This document shows positions 25,901 to 38,206 of a DNA stretch of 64,000 bases, one piece after another. Position 1 is the stretch's first letter, and every line of letters begins with the position of its first letter. A program made the position numbers and the translations under genes. Location: contig NW_024704814.1 of NCBI RefSeq assembly GCF_018977255.1, forward strand, positions 62,001 through 126,000. The letters run 5' to 3'. The notes beneath the pieces are model-generated. The model had not been told where the DNA came from. It did not search any database and saw only the letters and a program-made list of their open reading frames with translations. The stretch comes from Callorhinchus milii. Its lineage: Eukaryota.

Positions 25901-28900
25901 ATGTCTGAGAAAACCGAAGGGAGCGACATGGAGTGTGGAACTACTTCTGGGAAAGGTAAGTAATCGCCTCTGAATTTCTCTGTACCTTCGTCACTACTTA
26001 ATTTGCCGAAGATATTGTTGAAACAACACGTGTACTTTGATGCATTGGCTATTGACTTGTGAAATTAATTGGATTTACTGCATTGTTGTGTTTAATGTAT
26101 TAATAATATATAATGATATTTTATTATAATCCTCCAATTTGCTAATACGCCTCATCGCAGCAATAAGATATGTCAAAACGATGCACAGAATATATTGTAA
26201 AGTGCATTTGGTGTTTTATGGGTGAAGCACGGCAGCCAAATTGCGCAAAACAGTGAGCCAACACACCACAATGAAAAATTGGAAATCAATCTTCTTATGC
26301 CCTAACCATAAGGCTAACTTTGTAAGTTCATCAAATGAAGGGTTGCATTAGTTGGCTCAGATCAGCATTTAGTACAGAGGATAAATCAATCACTGCCACA
26401 TATCGCTTGTCAAAAGTTAAGTGACATCAATACACCAGAGAAGAAATTCAGTCTCAATCTTGGCAGAGGGGACGGAAACTTTTAATTTTTCTAGTCTCGG
26501 TTGGATCGATGCCAAACATCTTGAAGCTTTGATTTCTACATGTTGAATTATAGTGTTAATAAAATATAAATGTGTAATTATAGTCTTTATATTGAAAGTG
26601 CTCTGGCAATGATTATATCTTAACATTGTCTTTGACTATTGAAAACATCTTATTTTTTAAAAACTAATTCAACCAGTGACGTTATTTCTGTAATTTTTTC
26701 TGAAGATTTCATAATTAGTGCCTAAAAGTCCACTGTTTAAAATGTCTCAAATAGCAAACACAAGAGAGTTAAGATTTTTTTACGTGTGTGGTAAACAGAT
26801 AATCCCTCCAATATATAATAATAATAAATTGGTCATTTTAAATCCACGGTACTTTGTGGGACAGACGCTGCTGTGATCAATTGGCTGCCGCGTTTCGCGT
26901 ACAAATATACAGTCAATTCACGTTACAGTCTATTCTGTGAAGCGCTGCGAGATGTCGAGAAGACGTGAAAAGCGCTACATCAAATGCAATGATTATTATT
27001 GTTATTATTATTATTATAACCGCGTTCCTTCTTATAATTTACGTTATTGGAGGCCTACGTTTTCTACCCTCTCTCGTCCAACTCTGACCCTCGCACAACC
27101 ACGCCACCCCAAGGCTCGGGTCCTGAGCCCCGACTGTTCGGTGCCTTGGGACGTCCTCCTCACTTGAAAACCGCTTTGCAAATGTAATGCTCGTGTTCTT
27201 CTGTTTTAAAAAACATTTCTCTACAGGCGATCAAATCGCAAAGGGGTTCAGCTCCAAACGCAACCGAGTGAGCGGAGGAGAGGCCGGGAGCAGCAGATAC
27301 GGTTTGAGAAAGAGGCAGAGAAGAGATTGCACTGAGGAAAGGGATCTTCCTGCCGATGATTACCTGTGTGAGTGAAAAATCATTCTGAGTTTCTCAGCAT
27401 CAAATGCTCGAGTGCAGAATCGGGCAGATGGCAGCCGGGCTCAGTTGGTGTGCTCTTGGCTCCGAGTCAGAAGGTTGTGGCTTCGAGCGCCACATCGCGG
27501 GCAATGAGCTGACAGTCTGGGCTGACACTGCAGCACAGAGCTGGGGGGAGGGGGGGAGACGATGAACTGTCAGAGGTGCCGTCTCTCCCAGGTGCCCTGG
27601 TTTTCATGGAGCTCAGATGACAGGGCTGGGGAATGGCGACTCAGGTCAGCAACGGCAACCAAACGCTGTCAGCGGGGATGGTCAGCCTGTGCACTGCTGT
27701 GGGGGATGGGAAGGGCTATGAGGAATGAGGAGAGAGCAGTGCAGGGGTCAACATGGGGTTGGGAACACGGCTTTTAATTGGAAAGACAATGATGTCCGGA
27801 TTAAAGAGGTTTTGAGGGAGCGATAGGGATACAGAGGGGAAGGAGAGCCGTGAGAAGGGATAGGAAGGAGGTTGTGGAAAACGCTCATTGAAGATTTAGT
27901 CTGTGCGTTTGAAATATGAGGCCGCGAAGTGACATCACGCAGTGGATTTTGACCATTGGTTGGTTCAGGCGGGAAACGTCAAAATGGCTGCCTCCGTAGA
28001 GCCCCTCCCCCAACCCCCCCACCCCAATCCTGCCCACCACCCCGCGATGCACTGTCATACACCCCGAGCTTTTAAGCTAAAGTCACTCTGTGCCTCTCCA
28101 GACACATAGTAAAGATCCTTTAATGGTGTGGTGCAACACAGAGAAACTCGCTTCTCTTTTGGAAACATTACATGGGATCTTTACTGTCCACCTGAACAGA
28201 CATGGCCGAGGAGCTCATTATCACATTTCATCTGAAGCAATGCACCACCTACAATGGAAAGCATTTCCCGCATTAATATAAGTATCTCCATGTGTCCCAG
28301 ACTGTGGTCAACTACACTGATCACGGAGTCGCCTCACGGCTGTTTGTGGGTAGTTGCTGCCGTCAGAAACTGACACTGTCAATAAGTGATCAGCATGAAA
28401 AGCGGTATATAAATGTAAGCTGCTACTGACCGTACAGTTGGCAGTAAATTATGTAAATCATTGACATCATCAGGTGCTGTACAAATGCAAGGATTCAATC
28501 CAAATTTGCTCAAGAGCAATTCGTAAAGAAAGCTCATATATTGCTTATCCAGATCTTTCTTTTCTCCCATCAGCAGCCAAAGTGGATGATTCTGAGGCTC
28601 ATCCCTGGCCTCATGCCGGCGTTGTGTTGACTCGTGCCGAGTTCCTCCAGGAACACAGCAGAAGACATCCCGAGTTCCATAAAGACACATCAACAACGCA
28701 GACAGCTCGTAGCGCAAATGATGCTTTGCAGCAGAGAGAGTGTCAGGAATCTATTGTATTTCATGTTGAGGTAAACCGAGTCTCGCAAACAGGATCTCTA
28801 CAGGGTCAAAAGCTATCGAACACAGGAGATAGACTGTATAAATGTTCCAGATGTGGTGAGACTTTCATACATTCAGGGCACCTCAAGAGACACCAGCAAT

Positions 28901-29847
28901 CACACCGAGGAAAGCGTCTGTATAAGTGTCTGGAATATGGGAAGAGGTTCAAAATGTTGGGCAGTCTGAAGATACACCATCGATCCCACACAGAAGAGAG
29001 GCCATATAAAGGTGCTGACTGTGGAAAGAGTTTCACAACTTCAAGAGACCTCCAGAGAACCAAACAATCACACACAGGAGAGAAACCATATAAATGTGCA
29101 GAATGTGGAAAGAGTTTTGCAACGTCAACTTATCTCCAGAGACACCATCGATTTCATACAGGAGAGAGGCCACATGAATGTGTTCACTGTGGAAAGAGTT
29201 TTGCAACGTCAGGTTATCTCCAGATACACCATCGGTATCACACAGGAGAGAGGCCATATGAATGTGTTGAATGTGGAAAACGTTGCACAACTTCAAGTCA
29301 CCTCCATATACACCAACAAACACACACAGGACAGAGACGGTATAAATGTGCAGAATGTGGAGTGAGTTTCAGAGCATCAGGATCGCTCAAAATACACCAT
29401 CGATCACACACTGGAGAGAGACCGTATAAATGTGCTGAGTGTGGAAAGAGTTTCATTGCTTCCGGATCGCTCAAAATACACCATCGATCACACACTGGAG
29501 AGAGACCATATAAATGTGCTGAGTGTGGAAAGAGATTTTCAAACTCGAGTTATCTCCAGATACACCATCGATCACACACAGGAGAGAGGCCATACAAATG
29601 TGTACAATGTGGAAAGAGTTTCACAACTTCAGGAGACCTCCAGAGACACCGACAATCACACACAGGAGAGAAACCGTATAAATGTGCAGAATGTGGAAAG
29701 CGTTTCACAACATCAGGGGGTCTCCAGAGACACCAGCCATCACACATCGGAGAGAGACCATATAACTGTACTGAATGTGAAAAGAATTTTACGAGGAAAG
29801 ACCACCTCCAAAGTCACCGGCGGATACACACAGGAGAGACTGTATAA
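25901..29847 (+). CDS. PRDM9-derived SSXRD + C2H2 zinc-finger gene lacking PR/SET, copy 1: join(25901..25955,27227..27367,28574..29847), 489 aa
   Basis: All junctions are GT-AG and phase 1 (AAAG|GTAAG, TACAG|GC, CTGT|GTGAGT, CATCAG|CA); total 1470 nt open. Exon 2 encodes RYGLRKRQRRDCTEERDLPADDYL. Exon 3 starts AKVDDSEAHPWPHAGVVLTRAEFLQEHSRRH, then 12 C2H2 repeats (10 with all Zn ligands). The ATG choice is inferred; the exon probably begins at acceptor 25678. Confidence 0.72.
26795..27020 (+). mobile_element. SINE, 5'-truncated (paralog ~42262-42475)
   Basis: Family body and (TTA)n tail. Confidence 0.82.
27227..27367 (+). CDS. SSXRD-like exon (PRDM9/SSX repression-domain motif), copy 1
   Basis: 141-bp phase 1-1 exon ending ...DDYL|; resembles recalled human PRDM9 [23 protein letters not shown]. 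Confidence 0.78.
27425..27590 (+). mobile_element. 5' part of a second, older tRNA-headed SINE family (paralog ~43055-43230); related 3' parts at ~28090-28430
   Basis: GGCTCAGTTGG..CTCTTGGCTCCGAGTCAGAAGGTTGTGGCTTCGAG head, then GGCTGACACTGCAG..CTGTCAGAGGTGCCGTCT. Confidence 0.65.
27915..27996 (+). promoter_or_regulatory. Intronic promoter-like motif cluster upstream of the ZF exon (paralog ~43556-43636)
   Basis: TGACATCA, CCATTGGTT, GGCGGGAAA (E2F-like) and CAAAATGGCTGCC (YY1-like) within 80 bp. Confidence 0.45.
28574..29847 (+). CDS. Terminal C2H2 zinc-finger array exon, copy 1
   Basis: Within ORF 28474..29847: tandem YKCxECGKSFxxxxxLxxHxRxH-TGE(R/K)P repeats; strong acceptor CTTTCTTTTCTCCCATCAG. 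Confidence 0.93.
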
Positions 29848-31059
29848 TTATGCCGAATGTGGGATGAATTGTGCGGTGTCCTATCAGAAAAATTTAAAAT
29901 GTTCTTTACCAGCGGAAAGCTTTCCAGGAGCCGATACAGTTCAAAGTCCGCACGAGAAGCTCCTTTGAGAAATGCATAGAATAACAATAATAGGTTGATG
30001 TATAACAGGACAGATATCTGTTTGATCCAACACCATTGACTCAGTTAAGACACCAGTGCGACAGTTTGTCCCCTTCTCTCCTGAACATGTGCTGAGGAAC
30101 CAGCGTTTCCTGAAGGTCCTCACAAACTATTGGAGAGAGACCATACGAATGCGCTGAATGTGGAAATAGCCCATGTCCGGCTATCAGCGAGGTGTGTGGC
30201 TGCGGGAGAGAATAACAGAATGGCGCGGTGAAATATGAGCCCTCTGAAACCAGCTGTGGCTTCCAGTATCGGAGCTCACATCACTTAAGTATATATTTTT
30301 GCTCAAAAGCACCTCGTCCCCTGGTTTGTTACCAGCAGAATGGGGAGTGCTTACAGTTTTTTTTTTACCAACCAGTTTTTTTTTCGCTATTTATGTTAAT
30401 CAAAATATTTCCTTTTGAATTCCTGTGCCGGTGGGAGTGGTGGTGGTGGGGGCTGCGGTTGCATGTGTGTGTGTGTACTATGTGTGTGTCTGTGGGCGGT
30501 GTGTGAGGATGGGATTTGTATGTGGGGTGGTGGCTGAATGTGTGAGGAGGGGCTATGTGTGTGGGTGGGTGGGGGTGTGTATCGGATGGGGGGATGTGAG
30601 ACAGGTGGGAGGGGCTGTTGTTGGTGGAGTTGACGGTTGAGGGAGAGGGATATTAATCAGTGTATTTATCAATCTGTCACCGTACGGCTGAGACACTGTC
30701 GACGTTCACTGTGATGTTTCAATGAGCTATTACTAATATTAAAGCCATCGGCACGGAATCATTTGACATTTTCATTCATTCTTATTCTGTCATTTTCTCA
30801 TTTGAGGGACGTAAAGATAATCTTCGTCTCCAAACTCTCTCTCTGTCAATCAGCCGCTGGCGGCTGTGCTGCAATCAGGAGACAGAGAGTGGTGGGGCTG
30901 GAGGAGGATTTCAGTCTGGAGAGCGTATTTGTGCATTAAAGCGAGGTCGTCCACTGAATTGAAGGGGGAGAAGAGGTTTATGTGGGGGGAGGTTAAACCC
31001 CTTTTTGTTGTATTAATATTAATAATTGACAATGCGCCTCATCACATCTTGGAGACCTC

Positions 31060-31235
31060 TTAAAGCGCTTCACAGAATACATTGTAAAGTGTAGTGACTG
31101 TGTTTTTTTGTGAAACACGGTAGACAATAGCACACAGCGACATCCCCACAAACAGTCGTCGATTGAGGGACAACACTATTGTGACTATTATTATTTGGGG
31201 CGAATTGCTCACCGCAGAAAGTGATCCACCAATCG
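31060..31235 (-). mobile_element. SINE fragment
   Basis: AAAGCGCTTCACAGAATAC...CCCACAAACAGTCG, the reverse complement of the family tail/body. Confidence 0.7.
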
Positions 31236-31702
31236 AATAACAACTGTTTGAATGTGTACGGTGGGGGCCGCTTGTGTGGGATTGGGGCTGTGTCGATCTG
31301 TATGGTGCTGGGGGGGGGGGCGGCAATGTGTGTGCCCGGCCAACCCCACAGGCCCATGGTGGTCCCTGATGTGAGCCCTGGGGGGTGGGGGAGCGCAGAG
31401 GGTTGTATTTTTTTGTTGTTGCGCGCACATACTCCTGAAACGAAAATATGACATCAGCGGTTCCCCCACCCCCCCTCTCCACCCCTCCCCACCCCCCCTC
31501 TCCCCCCTCTCCCCCACCCACACCCCCACCGTTCTGCCCCCCCCCCCCCCTCTCTGCCCCTTTCCAACTCCCGGCTCCCCCCCCTCTCCAACCCCTCTCA
31601 CCCCCTCTCTCCCCCACATCTCCACCACTCCCCTACTCTCCCCCATCCCTCCCCGCGCTGTCCTGCCGTCGCTCCGCAGCTCGTAGCCAAACTGTACCCT
31701 CT

Positions 31703-32190
31703 CAGCAGAGAGAGTGTCCGGGATCTATCACTGATGCTGTTGGAGAAAAGGGGTTCACACGATCTATGCAGAGTCACCAGCAATCGATCTCAGGAGAGAA
31801 ACTCTGTAAATGTTCCCAATGTGGGAAGAGTTTCAAACGTTCGGGGACCCTCCACCTTCACCCGAGAATACACACAGGAGAGAAACTGCATAAACATAAC
31901 GAATGTGGGAAGAGTTTTTTTCATTCAGGGGATCTCCACAAACACCAGCGGATACACACAGGAGAGAAATCGTATTAATCTAATGAATGTGGGAAGTTTT
32001 ACAGTGTCAGGAATACTCCGAAAACAACAGCGAATACACACAGGAGAGAAATCTTATAACTTTTCCCAATGTGGGTAGAGTTTCCCACGTTCATGGATCC
32101 TCCACAGTCACCAGCGGATACACACCGGGGGAGAAACCGTATAAATGTGCGGAATGTGGGAAGAGTTTTGCGAACTGCCAACATTACGAA
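31703..32190 (+). pseudogene. Third, decayed C2H2 zinc-finger paralog (~5 fingers with stops and frameshifts)
   Basis: QQRECPGSI.. matches QQRECQESI of copies 1/2; [23 protein letters not shown]; TAA at 31976-31978. The 3' flank 32190-32620 is homologous to 29870-30290. Confidence 0.85.
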
Positions 32191-32425
32191 ACACCACAAA
32201 TTGCTTTGAAAGACGCTGTTCCTGTGGGAAAGTTTTCCAGGACCCGGTGCTGTTCGCAGCTCCACATGAGAAGCTGCTGTGAGAAGTGAAGGAAATAGCT
32301 AGTGTTTGATGTGCAGCGGAGTTCCACTCGATCCAACACCAGCGACTCACAGTGAAGACACCAGTGCGGCAGTTTGTCCCCTTCTCTCCTGACCACGTGT
32401 TGGGGGACCACAATATCCTGCCGGT

Positions 32426-32518
32426 CCTCACACACGCGTGGCTGTTGTGCACATGTCAGGCTGTCACCAGGGGACCTCACACACGCGTGGCTGTTGTGCA
32501 CATGTCAGGCTGTCACCA
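32426..32518. repeat. Tandem duplication, 44 bp identical, period 49
   Basis: CCTCACACACGCGTGGCTGTTGTGCACATGTCAGGCTGTCACCA twice. Confidence 0.9.
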
Positions 32519-32919
32519 TGGCGTGTGGCCGCTGGTGGGTATTACAGAATGGCGCGGTGAGAAATGAGAGCCCGTGTGTCCCCACTGACACCAGTCATGG
32601 CCTCCACTGTCGGCGCTCACATAACTTCACTATATATTATATATTACAGTGTATTATAGGTCTGAAGGTACCTTCTCTCCCCGGTTATTACCATCAAAAT
32701 CAGATATGTTTAGCGGTTTAATTCCAGCGGAATAGGGGCTGTTTGTAGTTTAAAAGATACGTTTATGAGCAGTGGATCAATGTGTTGTTGTTGTTGTTCG
32801 CTGTGAAGCCGATCATTTTACACTCTATACTGTTCTGCTGTTGGGGTCAGTTATTTACCCCATGTGATTGCGGGTTGGATGGGGGTCTGATTCAGACTGA
32901 CTGGGCTGAGTGGCTTCAT

Positions 32920-33805
32920 ACACACCCAGACCCTCCCCTCCTACACTGACCAACACCCCCCCCCGCACTCCACGCATGCAGACACTCGCCGCACACCCCA
33001 GGCCCCGCAAACCACACGCACAGCCGCCCCTCCCCCCACACACAGAAACCCCCCACAAACAACTCCGCCCCACACACACAGACCCGCACACACACGCACA
33101 GCACCTTAATACACAAACACCCCACACCCCACAAACCACATATGCGCCCCCACAGTCAGGACATAAAGCACCCGCCCCCCCCACACAGGACTACCCACCT
33201 ACACAAACACACAGTCGCGCCCCCCCCACACACACAGAACCCTCACACACAAACCCCCTCACCACACACACACAGTGCGCCACCCCCCCCCCCCCACACA
33301 CACTCATCCCCATTCCCTCCATACACACACAGGTACCCTCCCCACACGTACACCGTTCCCCACCCACAAACCCCACACAGAGCACACCCCCCACGACAGA
33401 CAGCGCCACCACCACACATATACAGCCCCCTCCCCACACAAACAGACCCCTTCCCCCACAAACAGTCCCCACTTCCCACACATGCAGCCCCACCTCCCCG
33501 CATATACAGCCCCCCTCCCCAAACATACAGCCTCCCGCCACACACATACAACCCACCTCCGCACACATACATCCCCCTCCTCACATATAGAGCCCCCTCC
33601 CCACACAAACAGCCCCCCTTCTCCACAAATACAGCCCCCCCCACACATACAGGCCCCCTCCTAACACATACAGCTCCCCTACCCACACATACAGCATGCC
33701 CTCCCGACGCATAATTCCAACCCTCCCCACACATACAGTTCCCCTCCCCTCACACACAGCCCTCCTCCCCACACATACAGCCCTCCTCCCAACACATACA
33801 GCCAT
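32920..33805. repeat. C/A-rich degenerate ~20-bp minisatellite (CCCCACACATACAG-like)
   Basis: Directly visible; related low-complexity tracts at 30430-30640 and 31460-31655. Confidence 0.85.
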
Positions 33806-33811
33806 TCTCTG

Positions 33812-34138
33812 TAATAGTAATAATAATAATAATAATAATCCTTGCATTTGATATAGCGCCTTTCACGTCGGGAGTACGCACAAAGCGCTTCACAGAACAC
33901 ACTGTAAAGTGAATCGACTGTATGTTTGTGGGCGAACGTGGCAGGCAATTGCGCACAGCAATGTCCCACAAACAGTCGTGGATTAACAATTTGTTATTGT
34001 TCTTGGTTTTGGAGGGATTATTATTAGGCTCTGTGTGGAGTAAGGAAACTTGCCCAAGATTTCGCTCTCTGCCTGGAATTGAACTCAGGTCTGTCGCTTG
34101 CAAAGGGAGTGCTCTAACCACTGAGATACAGGACTCCA
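33812..34138 (-). mobile_element. Full-length tRNA-headed SINE
   Basis: Reverse complement GGAGTCCTGTATCTCAGTGGTTAGAGCAC head, body and (TTA)n tail. Confidence 0.92.
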
Positions 34139-34199
34139 CGAATGGCGGCACATTGTCGCCTTTCGCTCTCTCGCAACCACACACATGGAGCCCAACCCT

Positions 34200-36363
34200 C
34201 AGCATTGGAGGCACTCTGTAACTCACTGACCCCTCTTCTCCTCTCACCCTCCTCCACAACACCCTCTCCTCCACACTCGATACACTTGCCCCCATCACCT
34301 CCCGTACTGTCTCCTTCTCTCGCTCCTCCCCATGGGTCGCTACACACCTCCGTTCAGTTAAGAGCCACGTGAGGGCCGCTGAACGCACCTGCGTCAAATC
34401 TCGCCTCACGGTCCACCGACAAATCTGGCTGCACCTCCTGAAAATCTACCGCTCCACTCCAGCCTCGGTCAAGTCGTCCTTCTACTCCAGGATAATCTTG
34501 GAGGCGAAGAACAACCCCAGGCTACTGTATTCTGCGACATCCCGAATCCTTCGCCCCCCCCGCCACCCCGCGCAGGTCATCTCCTCCAACATTCACTCTT
34601 TGGAAATGCCGGATTTCCTTGATTCCAATATCAAGGCCATTCGCTCCGCATTCACTTCCCTTCCAACATCCACACACCCACTTACACCCACACTCCGACT
34701 CCTACCCATCCTCCCCTACACAATTTCGTACCCGTTTCCCCACTCTCTGTCACCAAGTTCATCCTATCCCTGAAACCGACCATGTGCTCGCTTGACCCCA
34801 TCCCCACTCCACGCCTTATCTACCAGCTCCACGTCCTTGCCCTACGTATCGCAGACATCGTCGACCTGTCCCTCTCCTCTGGCTCTGTTCCCATTCTCTT
34901 GAAAACCGCCACCATTACTCCCAACTTGAAAAAACTCTCCCTTGATGCGTCCCAGCTATCAAGCTACCGGGCCATATCCAACCTTCCCTTCCTGTCCAAG
35001 GTCCTGGAACGAGTTGTCGCCTCCCAGCTCCGCACTTTCCTCTCCACCCATTCATTTTTCGAGCCCCTTCAGTCGGGTTTCCGTGCTACCGATAGCACAG
35101 AAACTACCCTGGTCAAGTTCACCAATGACATCCTGACCATCTGCGAACAGGGCTCCATCTGCCTCCTCGTCCTCCTCGACCTATCGGCAGCATTCGACAC
35201 GGTCGACAACGCTATCCTCCTCCATCGCTTATACTTCCACCTCAGCCTTCAAGGCCCTGTCGTTGAGTGGTTTAGGTCGTACCTCTCCTACCTTCTTCAC
35301 TTTGTTTCCACGAACGGCTTTTTACTCCATCCCCGCACTGTCTCGTGCGGTGTCGCTCAGGGCTCTGTCCTCGTTCCCCTCCCCTTCACCTTCTATATGC
35401 TCCCCCTGTGGTGCCATCATCCGCAGACATGGGGTTAACTTCCACATGTATGCGGATGACATCCAACTCTACCTTTCCTCCTCTACTCTCAACTCCACGA
35501 CCCCCGATGTCCTGACAGCTGCCTGTCCGACATCGAGTCCTGGACGAGAGACAAATTTCTTCAGCTCAACTTGCACCTCAGGCGCTGACAGCATCAGCAT
35601 CCAAGGCTGCACTCCACCTCTTAAAGCCATCAGAAAACTCGGGGTTCTGTTCGACCTTGAGCTGTCCTTTCTCCCTCATATCCGCGCCACAACTGGCACC
35701 GCCTTCCATCACCTCTGGAATATCGCCAGACGATGGCACTACCTCACCCCTCAAGCGCTGAAACTCTGGTCCACGCCTTTATCACCTCAAGGCTGGACTA
35801 TAGGAACTGTCTCCCTCCACACTGCAGGTCATTCAGAATTCCCCAGCTTGTGTACTGTCCCGCACCAGGCTTCGGGACTACATCACTCCCACCCTCGCTC
35901 CCCTCCACTGGCTCCCCATCCCCCAGAGGATCGAGTTCAAGATCCTCATCCTCGCCTACAAGGCCAATCACGGACTTGCTCCTTCCTGCCTCTCCGACCT
36001 ACTATCCCCCTACCTGCCCGTACCCTCCTTTCCTCTGACTCCAGTCTGCTCCACATCCCCCGCCCCAACCGTCCGACTATCGGTGGTCTTCAGCCTCTCA
36101 GGCCCGAGGCTCTGGAACTCCATCCCTCGGTGCCTTCGCCGCTTCCTGCCTTTCCTCCTATAAGGCCGGTCTCAAGTCCTTTCTCTTTGACCGTGCCTTA
36201 ACCTCCACTCTCGACTCTCTACCCCATCCTCGCTCCCTCCCTTCCCTCCCCTCACCCTGACCATTTCCCCCCAAGGCTCGGGTCCTGACCCAACTGCCCA
36301 GCGCCTTGGGACGTCCTCCCGACGTGAAAGGCGCTCTATTGGAATCTTGTTGTTGTTGTTGTT
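34200..36363 (+). mobile_element. 5'-truncated L2-clade LINE with frameshifted reverse transcriptase
   Basis: CSLDPIPT, YRAISNLPFLSKVLERVV, QSGFRATDSTET, LLDLSAAFDTV, GVAQGSVL, YADDIQLY, LGVLFD; 3' tail ends in (TTG)n. Confidence 0.95.
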
Positions 36364-38175
36364 CCAAGGCCTTGACAGCATTCCTAACGTGTGGTGCCCA
36401 GAAATGAACGCAGTGAGTCCTCGCGCTGAAGCCTCATCGGTGTTTTATACACATCATAACCTCCTTAATTTCGTCTCCTGGACGATAGACATTGGAGTCC
36501 TGCGGTTCGGTGGACAGAGCGCTCGCCGTGCGAGCGAGACGTCTGGTTCGTACCCGGTCAGGCAAAACCGGTGGCGAGTTTCCTTACTCCAGACACGCGA
36601 TAATAATCCCTATAGAGGGGCAAAACAAACAAATATAAATTGGTCACTTCAACCCACGGCTGCTTGTGCGACGCTGCTGTGCACCATCGGCTGCCGCGTA
36701 TCACCAACAAATATACAGTCACTTCACTTTACGATGTATTCCGTGAAGCGCTTTGGGACGTCTGTGAGTCACAATGAGGCACTGTATCAAATGGAAGTAT
36801 TACTACTATTGCACTGGGTACCAGGCGCAGCTCGCGGAAGCTACAGGACTGACCAAGCATTAATACTACACACACCATTAATACCCCACACATCCCCTTA
36901 ATAGCCCACACCCCATTAATACCCAACACACCTCATTAATATCCCACAGTGCCCGTTAATACCCCACAAAGCCCATAAATACCCCACACAGTCCGTTATT
37001 ACCCCACACAGACCAGTAATAGCCCACACACAATCAACACCCCACACACACCAATAATATCCCATACACGACAGTAATCTACCACATAGTCCACTAATCC
37101 CCCACACAGTCCATTAATCCCCCACAAAGCCCAGTAGTACCCCAGCAGCCTAGTCATATCCCCCACAGCCCAGTAATACACTCCACAGCTCATTAGTACC
37201 CCCCACAGCCCATTAATACAACTCAAAGCCCATTAATATCCCCATAGCCCATTAATACCCCCCACAGCCCACTAATATCCCACACCGCGCCTTAATAATC
37301 TACACAACTCATTAATACCCTGAACAGACAATTAGTACCCAGCACAGCTCATTAATACCTCAAACACTCCATTAATACCCCACACCGCATGAATACAACA
37401 CGCAATCAATACCTCTAGCAACCCATCAATACCCCACACACACCGTCAGTAAAGCATACACCCATTAGTACCCCACACACCATTAGTACCCCACACACCA
37501 TTAGTACCCCAAACACCATTAGTACCCCACACACCATTAGTACCCCACACACCCATTAGGACCCCACACCCATTTTACCCCTCACACCATTTTACCCCAC
37601 ACCTACTGGTATTGCACAAACCCATTGGTACCCTCACACCCATTGGTAACCCTCACACCCATTAATACCCCACACACATTGCTCTGACCCCGCCCACTCG
37701 CTCCCCATTGGTCCACCTCAAGCCCCGCCCCTTCAGCCACAGCCCTATTGGTGCGTCCGTCACAAACTGCACTGTGATTGGCCCTCCGTCCCCGTCAATC
37801 ATCTGCACTTCCGCCCCATCTCTCTGTCCTTCTCTCTCTCCTTCTCTCTTTCCCTCCCTCACCGTCTCTCTCTCCTTCTCTCTCTCTTCCTCCCTCAACG
37901 TCTCTCTCTCTTCCTCCCTCACCGTCTCTCTCTCCTTCTCTCTCTCTCTCTATCCCTCACCGTTTCTCTCTACTTTCTCTCTCTCTCCCTCCATCACCGT
38001 CTCTCTCTCCTTCTCTCTCCTTCTCTCTCTCTCTCTCTATCACCCACCGTCTCTCTCTCCTCTCCCTCTCCGTCTCTCTCTCCTTATCTCCCTCTCTCTT
38101 TGTTCCTCACCGTCTCTTTCTGTCTGTGCCTCAACATCTCTCCTCTATCTCTCTCCCTCACCGTCTCTGTCTCCT

Positions 38176-38206
<31 letters not shown>

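Larger units (their letters stand above)
20984..30460 (+). repeat. Direct segmental duplication, copy A
   Basis: Colinear with 36529-46460: SINE, satellite, CT tract, CpG island, 64-bp repeat, exons and ZF 3' flank. Confidence 0.95.

Noticed and set aside
25901-29847. Calling this gene PRDM9 itself
   Set aside because: No PR/SET or KRAB is visible and there are several paralogs; orthology cannot be shown from this window.
28806-29968. Alternative-frame and antisense ORFs over ZF arrays (also 44261-45774)
   Set aside because: Shadow frames of the 84-bp repeat.
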